Assembly: GCA_937967725.1 (NCBI GenBank)
Contig: CALBSY010000298.1
Coordinates: 1 to 41,786, forward strand
DNA: 41,786 nucleotides
Direction: 5' to 3'
Source of the DNA: an uncultured Alphaproteobacteria bacterium
GTDB lineage: Bacteria; Pseudomonadota; Alphaproteobacteria; Caulobacterales; Aquidulcibacteraceae
A model generated the notes under the pieces. It saw only the letters and a program-made list of their open reading frames with translations, ran no database searches and was not told where the DNA came from. Within the stretch, counting starts at the first letter, position 1. Every line of letters begins with the position of its first letter. Shown here piece after piece: positions 32,439 to 41,786 of the stretch. The translations under genes were made by a program, and so were the position numbers.

Positions 32439-35400
32439 TGAGCGATTTCTTTGCGACAGGGCTGGACACAAACCAGGCGCTTCGGGATGCGGAGGCGCGC
32501 GAAGCGAGCCAGCCGGGGTTTTGGGGCAACCCGTTTAAGGGGGTAGGAGACGACATCGAGGCGGGCTTTGCCCGTGGGGGTGTTGGTCTAAACCGCCTTG
32601 CAATCCAAGCTGGTCGCTTTGCCGAGGATTTCGCGCGCGGCGTCACCGAACTTGACGACACCCCGTTCATCGAAGGCCAGCAGCGCCCCCGCGATAATTG
32701 GTGGGAGAACTTTTTCCGGTCCAATGAGGAATATTGGGCTGAGGAAATGCGGCGTAACGCGGTGGATCCCGCCACACGCTCGCAGGCCGCCAATCTGGTA
32801 GGTGGGCTTGCCAATGTGCTGACCACCTTTACGGCGACCACGCTGACGGCTGGGCCGCTGGGGCGGCTGTCTAATGTAGCCGGCGCCGGAGCGGCGGGCA
32901 CGGGCTTCGGACGCGAGACCCAAACCAGGCTCGAAAGCGAGGGCGTTCCTGCCGACCAGGCCCTTCAGGGCGGGGTTATTGAAGGCGGTTGGATGACCCT
33001 GATGGGCACGCTGCCGGTTTCGATTCCTGGCCGGCTCTGGCAGCGGGTCGCCTCTGGCGCGACGATCAATGCAGGCCTCGGCATGGGCATGCGCCGGTCG
33101 ATGGAGGATTACCTCAACAGCATCGATCGGCCCGACCTGGCCGAGCAATACCGCTGGCTTGATCCGCAGGCGACGACAGTTGATGTCCTATTCGGCGCGG
33201 TGTTTGGAGGCATGTTCGGGCGGCGCGGGGGCGCTGCCGCTGTTCCTGAGTTTGCGCCAGACGGCACGCCGGTAGAGCGCGCGCCCAGCGCTGCGCCTGT
33301 AGCTGAAGCCAAAGAATCCCCCATGGAGCGGGATCCGCTCACGCCAGAAGAGCATGTCGCGCTTACCGACCTGGGCGCTGCAGCTCTTATCGAGGCGGAT
33401 AACATTGCACGGGAAACAGCTTTCGGGATTCCTGAAAACCCGGAAAGCGCGCAATGGCAGCGTCGGTCTATCGAGCGCATGGAAGAGCAGATCGCGCGCG
33501 ATGAGCCGGTCGATCTTGGCCCTGTGCCGGAGGGGATTGGGTTCGTTCCGCTTCGGCCGGATGAATACGACGCCGTTGGTGTCGAGAATATCGCCGCTGA
33601 GATTGAAGCCGCCAGCGCAACGCTCGACGGCGCTGACCGTGTTTCCCTAGTCGATTGGGTTCGCCGGCAAGGGGAGGTGCGCGACGCGCGCGGGCGGGTG
33701 ATCCAGCGCGGCGGCATCCGCGACGATCGCGGCGATATTGCCGGCGGGGCCAGCGACGGACGCCAAGGCTTCGCCAGCCTCATCAGCCCGACCGGGCGCA
33801 CCATTGATGATCTCGTGGTCAAGGCCTGGGAGGATGGCTTTTTCCCAGATCATGCCTCACCGGAAACGATCACAGCCAATGACTTCATCCAGGCTGTTGA
33901 TCTGGATGCGCGTGAGCCGGGCTCCATCACCGCGGACGTGGGAGGGGCGCTGGATGTGGCCGACGCGCGCTCAATCCTTCGCTCTTACCGGGAGCGCGGG
34001 ATAGACACCAGCCTCAGGGGGCAAGCCCTCAGAGAGGCGGTGCGCCTGAGTACGTTTGACGGGCAATGGGATGCCGCGGTTCTCTCTTTTGCGGATGAGC
34101 TCGCCGCTCAAGGCTTCGGTGATGTGGCGCAGCGTATCCGCGAGATGCGCCAGGCCCGTGGTGATGCATCGGGCCCCGACGAAACCTTGTTCTCCATGGG
34201 CCCGAGCCGGCGGCGGGGGATGGATTCTTGGAGAGGGAATGAACGGTTCTATGATGACCGTTTGAATGACCAGGTGCGCAAGGGGCTGCGCGCGCCCATC
34301 GGGGATATGCTGTTCTCGCTGGGGCCGCGCCGCTGGCAAGCGGCCCTGCGCGATCCTGAGACCGGGGAAATCTACACCGGGGCCAACCATGGCGAAGCGC
34401 TCAACGCCGCCCCTGAGGCCCGCCATGACGCATTGCTGGCGGCCGAAGAGAACTCCGGCTTCCTTTCCAACGGAAAGTTTGTCAGCCGGGAGCAAGCGCT
34501 GGCTGAGATGAGCGATGCGCTGTTCTCCCTACGCAACCCGTTCTACTCCGCGGTTGAGCGCGTTGTCGCCAGCTCGAAAACCGCGCGCGCGCCCGGCGCT
34601 CAATGGTGGGCTACCATCTCCAAAGCCCAAGGGGTCAAGCGCGAGGAGCTTGAATGGATCGGGCTGGCGGATTGGCTTAAGGCTCAAGAGGGCTCCATCT
34701 CCAGAGAGGATGTCCTTGCCTTCGTTCAACAGAACGGGGTGAGGGTGGAAGAGACTGTGCTGGGGGGTGATGCGGTTGATCCGGCCCTGCAACAGCGGCT
34801 CTTGCCTTTGATTGAGGAGCGCGAGCGGCTGGAACGGTCACGCGACAACATGAGCGCCGGCCCGGAATGGGACCAAACCCGGGCGCGCATCCTTGCGCTC
34901 AGCGACGAAATCCTCCCGCTACAGCAACAGATCTCGGAGCAATCACGCGCGAACCAACCCAAATGGTCCCAATACACCCTCCCCGGAGGGGAGAACTATA
35001 GGGAGGTGCTGCTTAGGCTGCCGGAAAGCGAGCGCCCCGTAGCGCCGTGGGTGGCTCAAGAGAACCCGCGTTTCCCGGGAGACTTCGAGATTGAACGCAG
35101 AGCCACGGAAGGCTCTGCCGCAACCGGGGAAACGATCGGCGGCTATCGCTCGCTGGAGGAGGCGCAGGCGGCGGCTGCCAAGCGAAATGCATCCAATGTT
35201 AAGACCACGAACAATCCGAACGACTTCCGCTCCTCCCACTTCGACCAACCCAACATCCTCGCCCACGTCCGGTTTAACGAGCGCACGGATGCGCAAGGAA
35301 GGCGCACGCTGTTCATTGAGGAAGTGCAAAGCGATTGGCACCAACGGGGGCGGGAGCACGGCTACAAGGGCGGCGCCGACATTCAGGCCATCGAGGCTAA

Positions 35401-38400
35401 GTTGCGCGACGCGGGCATTGCGCAATCGGTCATTGACCTGCTTAAGCGGCAGGACAACGGCGTTCCGCCCGATGCCTATGTGAAAATCCTGGACACGCTG
35501 ACGCACCAAGAACTTACGCGGCTGCGCGCCGAAACGGGCACGCAATTGGCCCCCAACGCCCCCTTCAAGAACAACGCCTGGGCCTCGCTCGCCATGAAAC
35601 GGATGATCCGTTGGGCTAGTGAGAACGGGTTCGATCAGATCGCTTGGACGCGGGGGGAACATCAGATCAGCCGCTTCAATCTAAGTGAAGCGGTTGGCGA
35701 AAAGATGGACGCCAAAAAGATCAGCGACGATCGCTATCTGGTGCAGATGCGCAATGTTCGCGCGCGGGATATGCTGGCCCGCAATGGGCTGGGCGAAGCC
35801 CACAACGCCGACCAAGAGATCATCTTCATGTCGCGCCAGCAAATGCGCGAGGCGTTTGGCCCAGAAATCTCCAAGCGGATCATTGACGACACCGAAGACG
35901 GCAAGCGTATCCGGCTAAAGGGCGACGACCTCCGCGTCGGCGGCGAAGGCATGCGCGCCTTCTACGACCGCATCCTCCCAAATATAGCCAATGACCTTGG
36001 GAAGAAGTACGGGGCGAGGGTGGGTGAAGCGCAAATTCCTCTTCCGTCCAACGCCGCCGAAACGTCGGCCTACAAGCCGAGCGACTATCGCGTCGAAGAG
36101 CGCGATGGTGGCTGGATCGTTACGCAGGACCGTTCGCGCGCGCCTCACACCCCCGTTTTCGCAACAAAAGCTGAAGCGGAAGCGTTGCGTGACAAATACC
36201 GCGCGCAATTCAATCCGATTCCAGAAACCGTCCACTCCCTCCCCATCACCCCCGAAATGCGGGAAGCCGCTATGGAGGGGCAGGCGCTTTTTGCGCTGGG
36301 GGATGGGAGGGGGCGGTCCTCTGTCGAGGCTGTGCGCGCGGAGGCCGTTGCCGATCTCGGCGCGGATTGGTCCGCGCTCGAGCGCGCGAGCAACGCGGTG
36401 CTGGTCGAAAACGTATCGGACATTCCGCGCGATGGCTTCGCAGACATCCCGCGCAACGTGAAGGCGGTTCATTTCCGCAGCACCGGGCAGACCTATTTCG
36501 TGGCGGGAAATATCCGCCCGGGGGAAATGCGCGGCCTCATCCTGCATGAGATCGGCGTCCACCACGGCATGCCCAAGATGCTTGGTAAGCGCGGGTTTGC
36601 CGAGGTGCAGCGCCAGGTCGCGCGCATGGCGGATGAAGGTCATCCGGCCGTCGAGGAAGCCCGCTACTGGGCCGAGCGCTACAGTGCTCACGATGGCCAG
36701 GTGCCAGAGGAAACGGTCGCGTATCTGATCGAGAACCACGCAGACCTTCCCCTCGTCACCCGCATCCTCTCCCGCATCCGCCAGTGGCTCATCAAGACCT
36801 TTGGCTCCTCCTTTGGGATGCGCCTGACTGTGGATGACATTCGCGCGCTTGCGGTCACTTCCTTGCGCCGTGTGGCCGAGCAAGCCCGCCGCCAGAGCGC
36901 GGACATTACCCCGATAGATTCCCTGCTGTTCTCTCAAGGGGATGGTCCCGACGCGGGACCATCAGATGTGCGGCCGTTGCGCGACGCGACGAGTGCGTAT
37001 CGCACCACAGATACGCCGATCCCATCCAATGAAGTCGGGCAGGAGATCACGCCGCCGGGCGGCTGGGACAGCTACGGCGGCAACCTGATGTCCAAGCACA
37101 TGCTGCGGACGCTTGGCCCAGAGGGCGCGCTGCGCGAGGTGGAGAGCATTTTCGCGCAGCCCAATTTTCAGCGGCTGCGGGAGCGGGCAGGCGACTTCGG
37201 GGCGTGGGAAGCGGCGCGCCGCGACATCCACGCTGCACACCGTGATTTCGTGGCCCAACAGCGGCGCGCAAGCCTCTCAGTCGTTGGTCCTGACGGAGGC
37301 AGCGTAGGCGGGGTGATCGAACCGACCTCAATCACCGGCGCCGAGCTCAGCCCCTCGATCCGCACGGTCATTGACGACTTCTTCGGGGAGGGCGCGTCGG
37401 CGCGCGCGCTGGAGGATGAATCCGGCGACGGCATGATGGAACTGGCGGAGATCATGCTGGCGCGCGGGGAGACCGCCGAGCAGCAAGCCGCCGTTGCTTC
37501 TATGGAGGAATGGGCGCGCGCTCAACGCGCTCAGCCCGGCACGATGCGCAACGTCACCCCGGCTCGTGGGCCTAATGACGGCAGCGGTGGAGAGGGCCCG
37601 CTGTTCTCGTTCGGTGGACGCTTGGCGCGCACGGCCAACGATGACACCCTGCGCCTGGCGCGCTTGCTCGAGCGCGAGGGCAAGGACGAGTGGTTCATCT
37701 GGCACAACACCGGCTGGGCGCGCGGGGTGGACAAGCAATGGCGCTTTGAGATCCCCGATGAGGGCGCGGCCTTTGCCGTTCCCTGGAACACGCTGCGCCG
37801 CCGCAAGGGCGCGACCCCTCTACCCGAAGCGTTTGACCATCCCGCTCTCTTTGAAGCCTACCCGCAACTGCTCTCGGTCAAGGTGAAGATCGTTTCCGAG
37901 GAAGGCGTCGGCGGAACGTGGAGCCCCGAGGAGGGCGTCATTGAGCTTAGCCCGCACGGCGGCGCCGATACAGCGCGCCGCACGATGCTGCACGAAATCC
38001 AGCACGCGATCCAAGACATCGAGGGCTTCGCGCCCGGTACGCACTGGGATGAGGTTTCGCCGCAACGCGCGAAGGCCGCGCGCGAAGATGCCGTGCGCCG
38101 TATCCAGGGTTACAAATGGTTGAGCGAGAAAACGCGGACGGAACTGATCGCCGCCTTGGATGCTCGCCGCGAAGCCTACCGTCACGCCTCCGGCGAAGCT
38201 GAGGCGCGCGCTGTGGAGACGCGCGCCCACTTTGGCGACCTGAAAGCGATGCCCCCGGCCGAGGCGGCGCGCGAGGCTGTCATAAATCCAGCGATGCTCT
38301 GGAACCCGCGCCGCCGCAATTGGGAAGTTTTCCGCGGCGCCGCAAGTGAGCCGCCGCGTGGACAAAATCCCCCAAATGTGGTAAGAGGCAAGCGTGACCC

Positions 38401-39880
38401 AATCGAAAGCCCCGAATACCAAGACAGACTTCGCGCCGTTCAAGACGGCCTTGAAGGCCAACGACAAGGTAGCGCTGGCGAAGCTGAGGGCGGAGCGGCC
38501 GGAGGCGTTCGCGGCCTGGCTCGAAACGATGGAGCGGGTCGATCCTCTGGAGGCGATGCGGGAAGCGGCCAAGGGCCAGCCCGAGCCGTAAGAGAGATTA
38601 TCTCGGTTTCGGCCATCAAGCTCAGCACCAAGCAGACGCAATCCGATTTCGGCCGCTATCGCGCGGAGATAGACACCCCGGTCGCAAGCGAGGCTGACGC
38701 CATCCTGCAGGCAGGGACCGGCGCCGATGGCGGGCCCACCCGCATGGATTTCGATCTGATCGACGGATCCAACCCGAAGGAAACCCGTTTGCCTGGTGTG
38801 CATCTGGCCTTCACCCGCGTCAATGACGGGGCCAAGGGGCAGGGCGTCGGGGTTTGGTTCTATCGCCAAATCATCGAATGGGCCGACCGGCAGAGGCTCC
38901 CTGTCTATTCGGACAGCCTTTCGGTTTCGCGCGAGGCCCAGCGCATCTACGCGGCCCTGGAAAAGCGCGGCTACAAGGTTGAGCGCGTAGCCGACACCAT
39001 GCGCGACCCCGACGATGGCGCGCTCATCAGCGTGGACGGCCGCCCCGTTTACAGGGTTTCGCTCCGCGATCCGATCGCTGAGCCTTTGGAGGGCGCTCCG
39101 CTCCCGCATGGCGATTACAGAATTGACGGCGAAACTCTGCGCGACCGGCAGGCCCGCTTTGACGAAGCCAAGCGCCGCCAGGCCGAATACGATGCGCTCC
39201 CCCCGGCTGAGCAAGCCTTGAGGGACGATCCCGAAATGATGTTCTCGATGGGGCCGGCCCGGCGCAGAATGTACGCGCGCGAGGCCATGGAGAACGCGCG
39301 CCGCGAACAGGAAACCGCCCGTCGCGTGGCGCTCGGAGCCCAAGCCGCGGCCAAGTGCGCGGCCCGCCATGGCGTCTCCTGGGCCACGGCTGCAGCTCCG
39401 GTGACGCTGCAATCGACCGCCTATTCAGCGCTGGGGCGCGGGCTGGGTTTGGCTGCTTCCGTTCCGGCTGGCATCGCCGCCGCCCCCATACTGGCCAACC
39501 GCGCGCGCTGGGACGCCGACCCCATCGGGCAAGGCATCATGGCAGGCCGCCGCGCCGGCCTTGAGGCGGGGCTCGATGATCCTTCCCATGACCCCGACCG
39601 GGTTGCAGGCGAGGGCGTCTCGCTTAAGGACGTGGCTGCCCCATCAGGAACGGCCCTGGATGGCCCGCCGGTGGCGCCGCCGCTCTCAGTGGAAAATCCT
39701 TCACGCAACCTGATGACCGACTTCCACGCGCCTCCTGAGGCGTTTGAGGGGCGGCTTGGCTTTAGCCCGCCGAGCGCGCGCGATCTTAAACTCCAAGACG
39801 CTGTTGAAACCGACCCAGACCCCGCCCGCGATCTGATACAATTGTTTGATCAGCTGGTTAACCCGGAGCCGGATCAGTGA
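32438..39880 (+). CDS. Giant (2480 aa) ejection/polyvalent protein with two zincin motifs, an LPD23-like module and a GNAT module
   Basis: HEIGVHHG; TGWARGVDKQWRFEIPD...HEIQHAIQDIEGF...GEAEAR; KGQGVG...EAQRIY; position among the ejection genes. Confidence 0.88.
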   Translation: MSDFFATGLDTNQALRDAEAREASQPGFWGNPFKGVGDDIEAGFARGGVGLNRLAIQAGRFAEDFARGVTELDDTPFIEGQQRPRDNWWENFFRSNEEYWAEEMRRNAVDPATRSQAANLVGGLANVLTTFTATTLTAGPLGRLSNVAGAGAAGTGFGRETQTRLESEGVPADQALQGGVIEGGWMTLMGTLPVSIPGRLWQRVASGATINAGLGMGMRRSMEDYLNSIDRPDLAEQYRWLDPQATTVDVLFGAVFGGMFGRRGGAAAVPEFAPDGTPVERAPSAAPVAEAKESPMERDPLTPEEHVALTDLGAAALIEADNIARETAFGIPENPESAQWQRRSIERMEEQIARDEPVDLGPVPEGIGFVPLRPDEYDAVGVENIAAEIEAASATLDGADRVSLVDWVRRQGEVRDARGRVIQRGGIRDDRGDIAGGASDGRQGFASLISPTGRTIDDLVVKAWEDGFFPDHASPETITANDFIQAVDLDAREPGSITADVGGALDVADARSILRSYRERGIDTSLRGQALREAVRLSTFDGQWDAAVLSFADELAAQGFGDVAQRIREMRQARGDASGPDETLFSMGPSRRRGMDSWRGNERFYDDRLNDQVRKGLRAPIGDMLFSLGPRRWQAALRDPETGEIYTGANHGEALNAAPEARHDALLAAEENSGFLSNGKFVSREQALAEMSDALFSLRNPFYSAVERVVASSKTARAPGAQWWATISKAQGVKREELEWIGLADWLKAQEGSISREDVLAFVQQNGVRVEETVLGGDAVDPALQQRLLPLIEERERLERSRDNMSAGPEWDQTRARILALSDEILPLQQQISEQSRANQPKWSQYTLPGGENYREVLLRLPESERPVAPWVAQENPRFPGDFEIERRATEGSAATGETIGGYRSLEEAQAAAAKRNASNVKTTNNPNDFRSSHFDQPNILAHVRFNERTDAQGRRTLFIEEVQSDWHQRGREHGYKGGADIQAIEAKLRDAGIAQSVIDLLKRQDNGVPPDAYVKILDTLTHQELTRLRAETGTQLAPNAPFKNNAWASLAMKRMIRWASENGFDQIAWTRGEHQISRFNLSEAVGEKMDAKKISDDRYLVQMRNVRARDMLARNGLGEAHNADQEIIFMSRQQMREAFGPEISKRIIDDTEDGKRIRLKGDDLRVGGEGMRAFYDRILPNIANDLGKKYGARVGEAQIPLPSNAAETSAYKPSDYRVEERDGGWIVTQDRSRAPHTPVFATKAEAEALRDKYRAQFNPIPETVHSLPITPEMREAAMEGQALFALGDGRGRSSVEAVRAEAVADLGADWSALERASNAVLVENVSDIPRDGFADIPRNVKAVHFRSTGQTYFVAGNIRPGEMRGLILHEIGVHHGMPKMLGKRGFAEVQRQVARMADEGHPAVEEARYWAERYSAHDGQVPEETVAYLIENHADLPLVTRILSRIRQWLIKTFGSSFGMRLTVDDIRALAVTSLRRVAEQARRQSADITPIDSLLFSQGDGPDAGPSDVRPLRDATSAYRTTDTPIPSNEVGQEITPPGGWDSYGGNLMSKHMLRTLGPEGALREVESIFAQPNFQRLRERAGDFGAWEAARRDIHAAHRDFVAQQRRASLSVVGPDGGSVGGVIEPTSITGAELSPSIRTVIDDFFGEGASARALEDESGDGMMELAEIMLARGETAEQQAAVASMEEWARAQRAQPGTMRNVTPARGPNDGSGGEGPLFSFGGRLARTANDDTLRLARLLEREGKDEWFIWHNTGWARGVDKQWRFEIPDEGAAFAVPWNTLRRRKGATPLPEAFDHPALFEAYPQLLSVKVKIVSEEGVGGTWSPEEGVIELSPHGGADTARRTMLHEIQHAIQDIEGFAPGTHWDEVSPQRAKAAREDAVRRIQGYKWLSEKTRTELIAALDARREAYRHASGEAEARAVETRAHFGDLKAMPPAEAAREAVINPAMLWNPRRRNWEVFRGAASEPPRGQNPPNVVRGKRDPIESPEYQDRLRAVQDGLEGQRQGSAGEAEGGAAGGVRGLARNDGAGRSSGGDAGSGQGPARAVREIISVSAIKLSTKQTQSDFGRYRAEIDTPVASEADAILQAGTGADGGPTRMDFDLIDGSNPKETRLPGVHLAFTRVNDGAKGQGVGVWFYRQIIEWADRQRLPVYSDSLSVSREAQRIYAALEKRGYKVERVADTMRDPDDGALISVDGRPVYRVSLRDPIAEPLEGAPLPHGDYRIDGETLRDRQARFDEAKRRQAEYDALPPAEQALRDDPEMMFSMGPARRRMYAREAMENARREQETARRVALGAQAAAKCAARHGVSWATAAAPVTLQSTAYSALGRGLGLAASVPAGIAAAPILANRARWDADPIGQGIMAGRRAGLEAGLDDPSHDPDRVAGEGVSLKDVAAPSGTALDGPPVAPPLSVENPSRNLMTDFHAPPEAFEGRLGFSPPSARDLKLQDAVETDPDPARDLIQLFDQLVNPEPDQ

Positions 39881-41786
39881 GAGAAGCCTGTATTCGTGCT
39901 GTGTCGAACGCCATGGGGCGTTCTCTCACTAGAGCCGAAGAATTACGGATCGAGAACCGGATTCGCGCGGCCATGCTTCAAGGCGCGCGGGAGAACCCCG
40001 CCGGCTGGCGGGCGATGACTGAGGAAGAGCGGCTGATCGAAGCCGGTCGTCGCGCAGCCAGAGAGATTGTTGCGGAGGCGCAAAAGCAAGAGCAGCGCGT
40101 GGCGGCGACCATTGTCGCGCATGACCGCATCGCCAACTACCTCGCGCAGCAAACCGCCGGGGAGCCTGGGCGCCCAGCGGCAGACCCTCACGGCGTCGCT
40201 GCGCTCGAGCGGACGCTGATACACAAATACGACGAACAGAACGGAGGCTTTCAGTCCGTCGAAAGCCGGGCCAACGCCACGTTCGACCACGCAATGAGCC
40301 AGATCGCGGATGTATTTGAGACCGTGAATCCCGGCCTTTGGCAGCGCCTACAGAGCGGGATGATCTCTATTGAGCCCCTGCGGCGTTCCTTTGTGGACGC
40401 GCTTCATGGCGTGCGCGACGGAATCCCAGATGAGATCGTGCGCGCCGCTGAACGCTACCATGAAATCGCCAACGCTTTACGCGAGCAGTTCAACGCGGCC
40501 GGCGGTGTGGTGGGCAAGCTCGTGGATTGGGGCTCTCCGCATAATTGGAGCGCTCGAAGGGCCGAACGCTTCGGCAAGGAAGCCTTTGTCGAGGATATGC
40601 TGGCCGCCGCCGACCGGCGGCGCTATGTGCATGATGACGGGCGCTATTACAACGAGACTGAGCTCCGCGACTTCTTCGGGGAGGCGTGGGCCACGATCGT
40701 TTCGGATGGAATGACCAAGGACACCGGGGCGCCGGTGCAGTTCCCGGGCGGATCGGTCAAGGCCAATCGCCACTCGCATCATCGGGTCATCCACCTAATG
40801 CCCGAGGCGGCCTACCATATGCTCGTGAAATATTCCGAGCAGAACATTCTGGAGGCGATGGTGGGCAATCTCCGCCGGATGAGCCGGGATGTAGCGCTGG
40901 TGGAAATCTACGGCCCTAATGCCGATCATCAGTTTAAGCTTCAGCTTGAGAACGCCATGCGCGAGGCCGCGCAAATCGACCCGACCTTGGCGCAAAAGCT
41001 CTCCGGCAAGGCGCGGTTTCTTGAAAACCTTTACGACAACTTGGCCGGCAATAACCCGCCCCCCGTGAGCCGCGGACTGGCGGACGCAATGGGTTCCCTA
41101 CGCAACCTGCAAGTCGCCTCAAAGCTGGGCTCGGCTGTCATCACGTCCATTTCAGACTATGCCACGCTTTACCAGACCGCGCTCGCCAACAATCTGAACC
41201 CGTTCCAGGTGGCGATGAACTCGTCCTTGGCTTGGGCCCCGAAGTCGCGGCGTTACGCGCGCCGGATGGGTCTGATGATCGACACGCTCTTGGCCGACAT
41301 GGAGCGCTTTTCCGGGGAGTATCTGACCAGCCGGGATTGGACGGCGCGAACGGCGTCAGCGGTAATCCGCATTTCGGGGCTGCAGTTCGTGACCAACGCG
41401 CGTCGGCTCGGCTTCTCGATGACGATGATGGACGCCATAGGCCACCTCACGCGACAAGCCGCCTATGCGGACGTGACAAGGCTTGCCGAGGGGGATCGCA
41501 ACATCCTTGCGTCCAAGGGCATCACCCAAGAGACCTGGGACATCTGGCGGACCGCCAGGCTTGATCGCTGGGGAGCGAACCATACGCTCCTTACGCCAGA
41601 AGCAATCATGGCGGTGGAGGGCGTACCGTTCGAGCAGCGGCGCCAAGCGGTCATAGACTTGCTCTCGATTGTTCGGGAGGAGCAGGACTTGGCCGTCATC
41701 ACCCCTGGGGCACGCGAGCGCACAGCGATGATGTTCGGCACCACGGGCGGGACCGTCGATGGCGAGATGGTTAGCTCCATCATGCT
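39877..41786 (+). CDS. Large ejection/DNA-transfer protein (epsilon15 gp17-like), truncated by the window end; absent from the ORF track
   Basis: GTGA overlap; manual translation MREACIRAVSNAMGRSLTRAEELRIENRI...GGVVGKLVDWGSPHNWS...LRNLQVASKLGSAVITSISD. Confidence 0.85.
   Translation, partial: MREACIRAVSNAMGRSLTRAEELRIENRIRAAMLQGARENPAGWRAMTEEERLIEAGRRAAREIVAEAQKQEQRVAATIVAHDRIANYLAQQTAGEPGRPAADPHGVAALERTLIHKYDEQNGGFQSVESRANATFDHAMSQIADVFETVNPGLWQRLQSGMISIEPLRRSFVDALHGVRDGIPDEIVRAAERYHEIANALREQFNAAGGVVGKLVDWGSPHNWSARRAERFGKEAFVEDMLAAADRRRYVHDDGRYYNETELRDFFGEAWATIVSDGMTKDTGAPVQFPGGSVKANRHSHHRVIHLMPEAAYHMLVKYSEQNILEAMVGNLRRMSRDVALVEIYGPNADHQFKLQLENAMREAAQIDPTLAQKLSGKARFLENLYDNLAGNNPPPVSRGLADAMGSLRNLQVASKLGSAVITSISDYATLYQTALANNLNPFQVAMNSSLAWAPKSRRYARRMGLMIDTLLADMERFSGEYLTSRDWTARTASAVIRISGLQFVTNARRLGFSMTMMDAIGHLTRQAAYADVTRLAEGDRNILASKGITQETWDIWRTARLDRWGANHTLLTPEAIMAVEGVPFEQRRQAVIDLLSIVREEQDLAVITPGARERTAMMFGTTGGTVDGEMVSSIM

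Larger units (their letters stand above)
1..41786. mobile_element. Temperate podovirus/prophage segment (epsilon15/BPP-1-like virion module, lambdoid early region), probable alphaproteobacterial host
   Basis: Divergent repressor/cro switch, recombination and replication modules, then terminase-portal-scaffold-capsid-adaptor-nozzle-ejection gene order; GcrA homologues. Confidence 0.95.

Noticed and set aside
17844-39412. Long minus-strand ORFs (e.g. 17844..19040, 19808..21097, 25665..26918, 37820..39412)
   Set aside because: Antisense shadows of well-supported plus-strand genes in GC-rich DNA, with no recognisable motifs
1-41786. Diversity-generating retroelement as in BPP-1, integrase/att site, tRNA, endolysin
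   Set aside because: No reverse transcriptase, template/variable repeat pair, recombinase or tRNA was recognised; these may lie outside the window

Overview
The window is about 42 kb of a GC-rich temperate podovirus or prophage, probably of an alphaproteobacterium (two GcrA homologues, an RHH_4-type regulator and CtrA-like boxes). Its virion module resembles epsilon15/phiV10/BPP-1. The layout is: (1) a leftward early operon of tightly coupled small genes with DUF3850/ASCH, NinB, YqaJ exonuclease, ERF recombinase, HNH and RHH genes (52-8138); (2) an immunity switch with a CI-like repressor, a Cro-like gene and TGGCA-N4-TGCCA operators (8160-9296); (3) a rightward early/replication block with HNH, HTH proteins, two GcrA homologues, DnaB, an initiator with internal iterons and a DnaA-C-like regulator (9296-16694); (4) late genes for TerS, TerL, portal, scaffold, capsid, cement, small virion proteins, tail adaptor, nozzle and ejection proteins, including a 2480-aa polyvalent protein and a final ejection gene cut off by the window end. 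No integrase, tail fibre, endolysin, tRNA or CRISPR is visible. Four observations stand out. Six TGAACCCC(G/T)C boxes, each built on the upstream gene's TGA stop and each followed at a near-fixed distance by a -10-like hexamer, define a candidate late regulon. A candidate CtrA-gated, DnaA-C-like activator gene lies immediately upstream of the first box. The capsid leader holds a two-state RNA structure with a duplicated internal-loop motif. The giant ejection protein is built from modules separated by a repeated (L/M)F(S/A) motif and carries two zincin motifs. All family calls come from motif recognition by eye, not from database searches.
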